Origin: a bacterium
GTDB lineage: Bacteria; UBA6262; WVXT01
Direction: 5' to 3'
DNA: 11,621 nt
Assembly: GCA_046759165.1 (NCBI GenBank)
Contig: JBHIBS010000046.1
Span: 1 to 11,621, forward strand
Part shown: positions 1 through 7,676 of the stretch, piece after piece
Layout of the letters: each line of letters opens with the position of its first letter
Numbering within the stretch: position 1 is the first letter of the stretch
Notes under the pieces: model-generated
Seen by the model: the letters and a program-made list of their open reading frames with translations, nothing else
Told to the model about the DNA's origin: nothing
Databases searched by the model: none
Position numbers and translations under genes: made by a program

Positions 1-82
1 CAACAAGAAGACATCTGGTTGAGATGTTCTTTCCAATAGAAGATCTCCTGACTCACAAAATAATCAAAAAGTTGGGTAACTC

Positions 83-105
83 GCCCCGGTACAGTCGGGG
101 TTTTT
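83..105 (+). terminator. Candidate intrinsic terminator, oriented for a convergent + strand transcript coming from left of the window
   Basis: GCCCCGG-TACAG-TCGGGGT hairpin (83-101, two G-U pairs) running into TTTTT (101-105) on the + strand. Confidence 0.5.
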
Positions 106-129
106 CCCTTTTCTGTTTGCTGCTACTTC

Positions 130-484
130 TTTTGGTAGTGTGGCTGCCAGAGAGTCTATGGTCCCCTGAATTTGAGTCAATGGTCTCCTCAACTCGCCGG
201 AAATCCTAAACAGAAACTCAGATTTCAATTTATCCAATTCTTTACCGTTCATTAGCTCTCTCTAAATGTTTCTTGTTCTGTTCCAGCCCTTCACAGAGCT
301 TTGCATTTTCAATAGCCAAACACCCGTTTGTGGCAGATATTGTTAATAACTTCGAATTCTCTCCTTTAAACTTTTCCAAACGGTTTCAAGCAGTTTGCCC
401 AGAACCGTAACCGAACACATTGCCTTACTAACTTCATAAAGAGCCACGACCTCTTTTGAGTATACCCACCTCCCTCATTAGCCT
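130..484 (-). pseudogene. Decayed GAF-HisKA remnant; probable former C-terminal part of the 485..850 receiver gene
   Basis: Past the TAG at 485-487 the frame continues RLMREVGILK. After a frameshift in AAAA (454-457) it reads EVVALYEVSKAMCSVTVLGKLLETV (GAF entry helix). Another frame gives KLLTISATNGCLAIENAKL (GAF exit motif AIENA; GAF core missing) ending at TAA 242-244. A further shift gives KELDKLKSEFLFRISGELRRPLTQIQG (HisKA H-box SHELRTPL with His replaced by Gly). No HATPase follows. Confidence 0.8.
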
Positions 485-850
485 CTATTTCTTCAGGCAT
501 CTTTTAACTGCTAAAGTCAAATCATTGATATCGAATGGCTTTCCAATATAATCATAAGCACCGATGCGCATTGCCTTAACCTCTGTATTTGTGGCTGCAT
601 AGCCTGTGACGATAATTACCTCTGTTTTGGGATATTTCTCTTTTATCCGTTTCAATAGTGTCAGTCCATCCATACCGGGCATTCTTAAATCGGCGAGTAC
701 CGCTTCAAAGTGCTTATCTCGCATCATTTCGAGAGCTCTCTGACCATCCTCCGCAAACTCTACCCAATAACCCTTTTTTTTGAAGAGTCTCTGACATACT
801 TCCCTGGTTTCTATCTCGTCATCCACGACTAGTATTCTCTCTCTCGCCAT
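485..850 (-). CDS. Response regulator receiver (NtrC-like REC), currently single-domain; probably a truncated REC-GAF-kinase
   Basis: ILVVDDE, phosphoacceptor in VLADLRMPGMDG, VIIVTG, GAYDYIGKPF; GGAGG RBS upstream of ATG 850. Confidence 0.9.
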   Translation of the reverse strand: MARERILVVDDEIETREVCQRLFKKKGYWVEFAEDGQRALEMMRDKHFEAVLADLRMPGMDGLTLLKRIKEKYPKTEVIIVTGYAATNTEVKAMRIGAYDYIGKPFDINDLTLAVKRCLKK

Positions 851-868
851 TTTTCCTCCATCAAAATT

Positions 869-2785
869 TTAAATTTCATATCCCTTCTTTTCAACCGGCA
901 AAATGACTCTGAAACATGCTCCCATACCTTCTCCTTCACTTTCTGCTCTGATATTGCCATTATGTTTCTTCAGTATCTCATAACTTACTGAAAGCCCCAA
1001 TCCAGTGCCTTTCCCAACTTCTCTGGTGGTAAAGAACGGCTCGAATATTTGAGGTAAATTCTCTTTCTTGATACCTTTTCCAGTATCAGCGAAAGAAATC
1101 TCTACAGAATCTCCTCCATTTCCTAGGCCAGTAGAAATCTTTATTTCTCCTCCCTGGGGCATAGCCTGAATCGCATTGGTAATCAGATTGATAAAGACTT
1201 GCTCTATTTGAGGAATGCTTATTCTCAATTTGGGTAAGTTTTCCCCATACTGCCTAATTATCCTGACCTTCTCCAATAAGATTTGATTCTCACACAGGCT
1301 GAGAGTGGAATCAATTACTTCTCCAATGTCAGCAAACTCTAAATTGAAATCTTGCTGCCTGGAAAAAGTTAAAAGATTGGAAACAATCTTCTTACACCGC
1401 CTGCCGGCTTCCTCAATCTTTTTCACATCTCGCCGCCAGCCATTTCCTTCTGGAATCTCCTGCAGAAGTACCTGAGCGAAGCCTAAAACTCCAGATAGCG
1501 GATTGTTTATCTCGTGAGCAACTCCAGCTGCCAATCTTCCCACTACTGACATCTTCTCCACCTGGAGAAGCTGAGAGTGGAGAGTTTTTAACTCCCTATA
1601 CGACTCATCTAAATCTTCTAACATATTGAGCATTGCGTCCTTATTCCTGGTAAGTTCTAAATTCGCTACTTTCAATTCAGAAATGAGCTTCTGAGTCTTT
1701 TTGATATCTTTAGCAACACCGATAATCCCTTCAATTTCTCCCTTAGGGTTTCTCATTACGGACCCGCTAAAACTAACAGGAATCTTTTCTCCCGACTTGG
1801 TTAAATAAGTAGTATTAAAATTCCTGATTTTACCACTCTTGATTAGTTCTCCTAATTTTTCTCTCCTGAAGACCCTTTCCCCTTCAGCAAAAAGTATACT
1901 CGCAGGCTTTCCAATCATTTCTTCTTTTCTATACTGTAAGAGCTCAAGGGTTGCTTGATTCACCATCTTAATTTTTTCTTCCCCGTCCAGGACAACCAAA
2001 GTGTCAATCATACTCCTGATTATGTTATTAAAGTAGTCTTTAGAAATAGTTGTTCTTTTTAAATCGCGAGCCATCCTGTTAAACGAATTTGCCAGTTCTC
2101 CAACTTCATCCCGGGAATCTGTCCTTATCATATAGTTGAGATTTCCTTTAGATATGGCTTTCGTTCCCTTTACTAACTGTCTTACAGGTCTGGTAATCCC
2201 CTTAGAAAAATAGTAAGCAAAAGAGGTAGTAAGTATAATAACTGCGAGCACCACGCCCAGACCAATGAATAAAGCTTTCCTTCTTGCAACAAGAATTGGT
2301 TTAAGTGAGTACCCCAACCAAAAAGTCCACTGTCTGCCATTCTCCCTTATATCCAATGGTGTAACTATTACTCCTATCTTCTCTCCAGTCTTGGGAAGAA
2401 CGTCCTCTTTCATCAAAATGGTTCCTGTGGCCACAGCCTCATCGTCAATCCTCTTCCCCCAGACTTCTGCATCATCCGCTAAGTAGATTTCCCCATCCGG
2501 TTTGACTACTCTCCAGTAAATGATATTCTTGTTATCCTTAATCTTCTTAAGGAATCCAAAAGGCCACTGCTGTGAAAAGTAGCCAGACTGAACATTCACG
2601 GAAGTCAGCTCGGCAATGAGCTTGTTGTTTTCAGTCAAAATACCCTTCACCTGTTTCATCTCGTGAGTCATAAATATGAAGATACTCGGTATCGATATTC
2701 CAATGCCTAAACCAGCCATCAAAAAAAAGATCTTAATAAAAAGACTTGACCTTCTCTTGAAATCACGATTACCTGTTTTCCTCAT
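869..2785 (-). CDS. Membrane sensor histidine kinase: TM1 - extracytoplasmic domain - TM2 - HAMP - PAS/PAC - HisKA (NtrB type) - HATPase
   Basis: TM1 LFIKIFFLMAGLGIGISIPSIFIF; TM2 ALFIGLGVVLAVIILTTSFAYYF; HAMP ITRPVRQL...DEVGELANSFNRM; PAS IIRSMIDTLVVLD...IIGVAKDI; H-box GVAHEINNPL; N-box QVFINLITNAIQAM; DTGKGI, IFEPFFTT, GKGTGLGL. Start placed at ATG 2785 (MRKTGN) rather than 2887, because the longer N-terminus overlaps the FIST gene and translates a repeat element. The exact start is uncertain. Confidence 0.92.
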   Translation of the reverse strand: MRKTGNRDFKRRSSLFIKIFFLMAGLGIGISIPSIFIFMTHEMKQVKGILTENNKLIAELTSVNVQSGYFSQQWPFGFLKKIKDNKNIIYWRVVKPDGEIYLADDAEVWGKRIDDEAVATGTILMKEDVLPKTGEKIGVIVTPLDIRENGRQWTFWLGYSLKPILVARRKALFIGLGVVLAVIILTTSFAYYFSKGITRPVRQLVKGTKAISKGNLNYMIRTDSRDEVGELANSFNRMARDLKRTTISKDYFNNIIRSMIDTLVVLDGEEKIKMVNQATLELLQYRKEEMIGKPASILFAEGERVFRREKLGELIKSGKIRNFNTTYLTKSGEKIPVSFSGSVMRNPKGEIEGIIGVAKDIKKTQKLISELKVANLELTRNKDAMLNMLEDLDESYRELKTLHSQLLQVEKMSVVGRLAAGVAHEINNPLSGVLGFAQVLLQEIPEGNGWRRDVKKIEEAGRRCKKIVSNLLTFSRQQDFNLEFADIGEVIDSTLSLCENQILLEKVRIIRQYGENLPKLRISIPQIEQVFINLITNAIQAMPQGGEIKISTGLGNGGDSVEISFADTGKGIKKENLPQIFEPFFTTREVGKGTGLGLSVSYEILKKHNGNIRAESEGEGMGACFRVILPVEKKGYEI

Positions 2786-2814
2786 CTCGCCATCCACTCC
2801 TCCCTGCATCATTT

Positions 2815-2858
2815 CCCTACTCTCTCCCCCTGGGGAAAGGGTTAAGGTGAGGGGAAGG
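2815..2858. repeat. BoxC/REP-like purine-pyrimidine palindromic extragenic element
   Basis: + strand CCCTACTCTCTCCCCCTGGGGAAAGGGTTAAGGTGAGGGGAAGG: imperfect CTCTCTCCC/GGGAAAGGG hairpin plus purine tail. It resembles the CCCTCTCCC..GGGAGAGGGTTAGGGTGAGGG (BoxC-type) element and lies directly after the FIST stop codon. Only one copy in the window. Confidence 0.65.
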
Positions 2859-4178
2859 TCATTTATTGCTAAACACAACCGCTGCACTTACCAGATTTCC
2901 ATGTACATTTCCCACTCCGGGTAAGAAGCCCTGCTCTCCAAAGGTAAAAGTACCAATGAAAGGAGCACCCACCAAACCATCCTTAACCAAAAGTGGGATC
3001 TTTGGCCTCTCTTCTGGAGGTATAGCCCACATCGTGCCAGCGCAGGAGAAAGATATTCCGAACGCTATGTGTCGTGGAAGAATTCCTGCTCTTACCGTTG
3101 CCTGCAGGCTTGTTGTCCTTGCCCTGTTGAGGAGTAATTCCCAGCTACCCCGTATAAGAAAAATTTCATCTCCTTCCTTTACATTGGTATGCACCTCGAG
3201 AAATCTTTTGGAAGATCCAAATGGTGTAGGATGCATGGAAATATAGTATATTTCCCCGGTCTTTCCGCGGATAACTTTTGCCAGGGGATACAAAGCAGTC
3301 TTTGCTTCGATAGACACTTTCCCTTTTTCATTTTTGAGAACCGCAGTAAGCTCTCCAGATATCCAATTGTCGTAAACCTGGGCTGCTGGCTTGCGGTCTA
3401 TCTCATAAATAATCCTCGCTTTAACTTTAGTAGCAATGCCACTCTTCTCCATTATCCGATATCCACTTTCAAATGCCCAACCAACTTTCAGGTCTGTATA
3501 GACTGCGGTCAAGACAACGCCATTACCGTATACACGACTATTGGCGAACTCTTTCCACTTTCCACTACCATCATCATCTCCAGCACTACCTCCAAATACA
3601 GGAACTCTTTTACCAATTAAATCCTTGATACCCAGAAGAATTTCTTCTTCTCTTCCTGGTGCTGCTGTCATCAAAACCAGTTTTGGGCGATCTCCGCTCT
3701 TCTTCCCTGCATTCTCAATTGCTTCCATAATTGCCTTCGTTCCGGCTTCCCTTGCCGATCTCGCCACTTCTAAGGATGCACCTCCCACTCCAAAGATTAT
3801 CTTGGGAGAAGCTACAGCCAAGAGGGCCAATGAGCCGGATTTACCCACATGAAAACCACCTGGACTAAAGACCGCCCCGCAGGAAGTCCCGCCGTGGATT
3901 TGTACTCTGTCCCTAAAAAGCCTTCTTGCTTCCTGTAGAAGTTTCTTTGAATCATAGCCGACAGTAGAAAAGAGAAGGACATACTCGGGCTTTACCCCTC
4001 TCAATTGTTTCTTCACCATAGAAACTGCCTTCTTCATTGCTGCCCTTTCATTCTCTTCTGTGCTCCACCCATAACCAACGCTTACTACTGGTCTTCCTCT
4101 TTCTTTTGCCCATATCCCTGTAAAAATCGTGAACAGAAAAACTGCTATAGCAATAATTCCAAAAATTAATTTTTTCAA
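2859..4178 (-). CDS. FIST (FIST_N + FIST_C; NosP-related) signal transduction protein with N-terminal signal peptide or membrane anchor
   Basis: FIST-type motifs LLFSTVGYD, IHGGTSCG, PVFGGSAGDD, IYEIDRKPAAQVY, SCAG, PFIGTFTFGEQG, HGNL. N-terminus MKKLIFGIIAIAVFLFTIFTGIWA. TTG start with AAGGAG RBS. Confidence 0.88.
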   Translation of the reverse strand: MKKLIFGIIAIAVFLFTIFTGIWAKERGRPVVSVGYGWSTEENERAAMKKAVSMVKKQLRGVKPEYVLLFSTVGYDSKKLLQEARRLFRDRVQIHGGTSCGAVFSPGGFHVGKSGSLALLAVASPKIIFGVGGASLEVARSAREAGTKAIMEAIENAGKKSGDRPKLVLMTAAPGREEEILLGIKDLIGKRVPVFGGSAGDDDGSGKWKEFANSRVYGNGVVLTAVYTDLKVGWAFESGYRIMEKSGIATKVKARIIYEIDRKPAAQVYDNWISGELTAVLKNEKGKVSIEAKTALYPLAKVIRGKTGEIYYISMHPTPFGSSKRFLEVHTNVKEGDEIFLIRGSWELLLNRARTTSLQATVRAGILPRHIAFGISFSCAGTMWAIPPEERPKIPLLVKDGLVGAPFIGTFTFGEQGFLPGVGNVHGNLVSAAVVFSNK

Positions 4179-4211
4179 TTTAATTTCACTCCTTATGCGT
4201 TTAATCTGCGC

Positions 4212-5120
4212 TTATTTCTCCCCCAGCCTCGCCTTCAACTCCTTTATCCTCTCCTTCAACTCTATCATTTTAATTTCCCTTCCGACCGCGATTTTCTGGA
4301 ATATCTCCAAATCGCGCATTCTTTTCTTTAATTGATCTTCCGCCCTTTTGCGCTCGGTGATGTCCATAATCGTGCAATCAAAATAAGGGTTCTTTCCACT
4401 CCCATTGTACACCACCCTGGCCGTAACCGATCCCCAAAAAATAGTCCCGTCTTTCCTTCGTAATGGTAGTTCCACCCCATCAACCTTTCCCTTGGCTAAG
4501 AGATTGTCTGAAAACACCTTTCTATCCTCGGGGTTCATGTACACATCAGCCACAGCTATTTTTTTGAGCTCTTCCTCTGAGTCTAAGCCGAACATTTTGA
4601 AGTAGGTGGGATTTGCCATCAGAAATTTTCCTTTGGGTCCGGGTGTAGTTCTAAGAACCGCAATGGGTACGTTCTGAACGAGCGTGCGGTACCGCTGCTC
4701 AGATTCCTTCAGCGCTTCCTCCGCTCTTTCCTTTTCTTTCTTCGCGTTGTATCTCTCAATGGCCCTCTTAATAAAAACAGGTAGAGTCTCCTCATACGAA
4801 AAGTCCTTTAGGATATAGTCATAGGCTCCTTCCTTCATTAAATCTACCGCTGCCTTTTCACTTCCTGCAGCAGTAACTACAATAAAAGGTAAATCTTTGC
4901 CTTTATTCCTCATCTCTTTCAATATATCTAAGGCGCTTAAGCCGGGCATACGATAGTCGCAGAGAATTAAATTATAGTTTTCTTCAATTATCCTTCTTAA
5001 ACCTTCTTGGGCTTGGTTTGCAGAATCCAACTGGTAGTCTTCATCCGCTTTCTCTAAAATCCTTTTAGTAAATAAGATATGGTCTGGGTTATCTTCAATT
5101 AGTAATATCCTTATAGACAT
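4212..5120 (-). CDS. REC-PAS/PAC protein ending in a short coiled coil, with no catalytic output domain
   Basis: REC ILLIEDNPDH...LCDYRMPG...FIVVTAAG...GAYDYILKD; linker ESEQRYRTLVQNVP; PAC LRRKDGTIFWGSVTA...DITERKRAE; tail DLEIFQKIAVGREIKMIELKERIKELK; AGGAG RBS. Confidence 0.92.
   Translation of the reverse strand: MSIRILLIEDNPDHILFTKRILEKADEDYQLDSANQAQEGLRRIIEENYNLILCDYRMPGLSALDILKEMRNKGKDLPFIVVTAAGSEKAAVDLMKEGAYDYILKDFSYEETLPVFIKRAIERYNAKKEKERAEEALKESEQRYRTLVQNVPIAVLRTTPGPKGKFLMANPTYFKMFGLDSEEELKKIAVADVYMNPEDRKVFSDNLLAKGKVDGVELPLRRKDGTIFWGSVTARVVYNGSGKNPYFDCTIMDITERKRAEDQLKKRMRDLEIFQKIAVGREIKMIELKERIKELKARLGEK
4348..4700. repeat. Direct repeat copy 1 of a ~353-bp PAS/PAC coding segment (copy 2 at 11205..11557)
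   Basis: Ungapped manual alignment at offset 6857 gives about 23 mismatches in 353 nt (~93-94% identity). Confidence 0.97.
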
Positions 5121-5164
5121 ATTTCCACTCCTCTTTTAAATAATATCTATCCATAATCATTTCT

Positions 5165-7285
5165 TCAATATCTCCTTCTTAAAAGCATCTTAATCCTCGC
5201 CAATAATTTATCTTTATCAAAAGGCTTAGTTACATAATCATCAGCACCAAGATCTAACCCCTTCAGTTCGCTTTCCTTATCTTTCTTTGCCGTCAACATC
5301 AATATGGGAATAATCGCCGTCTCAAGCCTTGATCTTAATATCTTCGTTGCCTCAAAACCATCCATCTCAGGCATCATAACATCCATCACTATTAAATCCG
5401 GTTTTTCGCGAAATGCACATTCAATCGCCTCCCTGCCATTTCCTGCCTTAACAACTTTGTACCCGGTATCACTCAGACGTTTCTCTAAAACTTTTAGAAT
5501 ATCCTCCTCATCATCTGCAACAAGTATTTTTGGTTTTTCTCTGACTTCCATAGATTTTTCAATAATATTAGCCTCTTCGATAACACTGGTGACTTCTGCA
5601 ACCTCTTCTAACGTGGTTACGCCTTTTGCCACTTTTTCGACTCCAGATTCAGCTAATGTCTTAAGTCCCCTCTTTTTTGCTTCTTTAAATATTAAATCCT
5701 CTTGAGACTTATTAGAAATAACACTTCTTATTTTTTCATCAAACTTTAATATCTCAAAAATAGCAATCCTGCCAAAAAAACCGCTAAAATTACACCTTTC
5801 ACAGCCCTTGCCTTTATAGAATTTTTTTATGCCGAATTCATTTATATAAATCCTGAACTTATCTATCAACTTTTTATCGGGGATATCTTCCTCTCTACAA
5901 TGAGGGCATATAAACCTAACCAACCTCTGGGCAACAATTAAAATAATAGAAGAAGCTATCAAGTACGGCTCTAATCCAATATCTAACAATCTGGTAATTG
6001 TGGAAACTGAATTATTTGTATGCAGTGTCGAGAAGACCAGATGCCCTGTCAAAGAAGCCCTGAAGGCGATCTCGGCTGTCTCGTTATCCCTTATCTCTCC
6101 AACCAAGATTATGTTGGGGTCTTGTCTCAAAATGCTCCTCAACCCATTGGCAAAAGTGACATCTTTTACAGGATTGATCTGTATCTGATTAATACCATTT
6201 ATTAAGTATTCTATCGGGTCCTCAATGGTAATGATATTTTTTGTCTCGCTTTTTATAAAATTTAATGCCGCATAAAGGGTTGAGGTCTTACCAGAACCTG
6301 TAGGGCCGGTGACCAAAACCATCCCCTGAGGTCTGTTGATTGCCTCTACAAATACATTCAGTTCTCCATGCTGGAAACCAATCTTATCAAGCTCGATTCT
6401 GGCTTCCTTTGTATCTAATATCCTCAATACCACTTTCTCACCGTAAAATGTGGGTATTGTGGAAATTCTTAAATCGATCTTTCTTCCATTAACTAATATT
6501 CTGGCCCTGCCGTCCTGGGGTTTTCTGGTTTCGGCGATATTCAGCTCTGCCACGATTTTTATGCGCGCAGTAAGACGAGCGTGGAGGTGTTTTGGGATTT
6601 TCATAATATTCTTCAAATCACCATCTATCCTATATCTTACCTCGACGAAATTCTCCTGAGGCTCAATATGGATATCGCTTCACCTGCCCCTTACCGCATC
6701 GCCTAATATAAGATTGGCTAATCTTACTACCGGTGATCGGTTACCCTTAAGCGTCTCAGCTTCAAAGACCTCCTGCTCTGCTTTGGCTTCTCTAACTAAT
6801 TCAATTTTAGTATCATCTACGATATTCTTCAGGAGATCATAGAGGGTATCGTCTAACTGATAGTACTTCTCAATGAAATTAGCGATATCGCTCTTTGTGC
6901 TCAAGATAGGCTTTATCTTCATATTGGTCATAATCTTGATATCGTCTAAGGCTATGATATCCTGAGGATTACTCATTGCTAACAAAAGCGTGTCTTTTTC
7001 TTTGCGCACAGGGAAGATCCCATAGCGCTTTGCTACATCACAGGATATTAACTTTGTAGCCGAGGGGTCTATCTCTTCTTTGCCTAAATCCAGAACGGGC
7101 ATATCGAAAACTTTTGACGAAATCTTGATTAAATCTTCCTCCTTGATAAAACCCATTTCGACCAATAATTCCTGAATGGGCTTTTTAGCGCCAACTTGCT
7201 TATCTTTGGCATCGTTGAGTTGTTTTTCGGTTATTAAATTTTCTTTAAGAAGCACATTTAGAAACGCATTTGTCTCAACAGACAC
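5165..7285 (-). CDS. PilB/GspE (PulE)-family ATPase with N-terminal MshEN-like domain and C-terminal receiver; one 706-codon frame interrupted by an in-frame UGA at codon 202 (recoded gene or nonsense pseudogene)
   Basis: 7285-5165+1 = 2121 nt, a single frame: ...[47 protein letters not shown]... Also LNIAETRKPQDGR, Walker A GPTGSGKT, Asp box TIEDPIEY, Walker B LRQDPNIILVGEIRD, His box TGHLVFSTLH, Zn motif CPHC/CERC, and REC ILVADDEE...VMDVMMPEMDG...GADDYVTKPF. GTG start with AGGAG RBS. Confidence 0.9.
6626..6682 (-). other. In-frame UGA followed by a SECIS-like stem-loop (candidate recoding signal)
   Basis: UGA at 6682-6680. By-eye fold: UAUCC(6674-6670):GGAUA(6630-6626); AUAUU(6669-6665):GAUAU(6636-6632); GCCUC(6662-6658):GAGGU(6643-6639); apical region AGGAGAAUUUCGUC. 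Not computed. Confidence 0.4.
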
Positions 7286-7295
7286 TCCGAATCTC

Positions 7296-7667
7296 CTATT
7301 TCTTTAAAATATTTTGGATGGTTGTTATCAACGTATCGGGCTCATATGGTTTCTCCAAATACGCCTCAACACCTTTATCTATAACCTTCTTTTTATATTT
7401 CTCGTCCTTAATACCTGTAAGAACAACGATGGGGATTTCTCTGGTATGTCCAGAGAGCCTTATATTCTTCAAAACCGTCAAACCATCACCTGCAGGTAAC
7501 ATCAAATCCAGAATAATTAGATCGGGATTCTCTTTATGGGCAAACTCCACCCCTTGATATCCATCACTGGCAACTACACTTTCATAATCAGCGCTCTTTA
7601 ACCTGGCCACTAATAGTTTTGCCACGTCTTGTTCATCTTCAATTATTAAAATCTTCTTTTTATCCAT
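7296..7667 (-). CDS. Single-domain response regulator receiver
   Basis: ILIIEDE, PDLIILDLMLPAGDG, IPIVVLTG, YLEKPY; its TAG stop overlaps the AGGAG RBS of the ATPase gene. Confidence 0.93.
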   Translation of the reverse strand: MDKKKILIIEDEQDVAKLLVARLKSADYESVVASDGYQGVEFAHKENPDLIILDLMLPAGDGLTVLKNIRLSGHTREIPIVVLTGIKDEKYKKKVIDKGVEAYLEKPYEPDTLITTIQNILKK

Positions 7668-7676
7668 ACAAGCCCT

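Noticed and set aside
64-252. 62-aa ORF as a functional His-less HisKA protein
   Set aside because: It is better explained as a frameshifted fragment of the decayed kinase, and its end runs through a terminator-like hairpin.
2815-2861. FIST stop TGA followed by a hairpin as a second SECIS
   Set aside because: Readthrough would add only about 13 low-complexity residues before a TAG, FIST_C is already complete, and the hairpin looks like a BoxC-type repeat.
2786-2887. N-terminal extension MQRLCLAINDLPLTLTLSPGGE of the membrane kinase
   Set aside because: It overlaps the FIST gene and is a translation of the repeat element (PLTLTLSP).
2859-5167. Genome-wide UGA reassignment (code 4 or 25) as the explanation of the in-frame UGA
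   Set aside because: TGA ends the FIST gene (2859-2861) and the ATPase-REC (5165-5167) at natural domain ends, and no other long gene in the window is broken by TGA.
5165-6616. ATPase-REC as an independent gene starting at TTG 6616
   Set aside because: The conserved SDIHIEP..VRYRIDG segment lies upstream in the same frame and there is no good RBS; it is the continuation of 6680..7285.
6617-6682. Frameshift between the two ATPase ORFs
   Set aside because: Both ORFs are in the same frame; the only interruption is one TGA.
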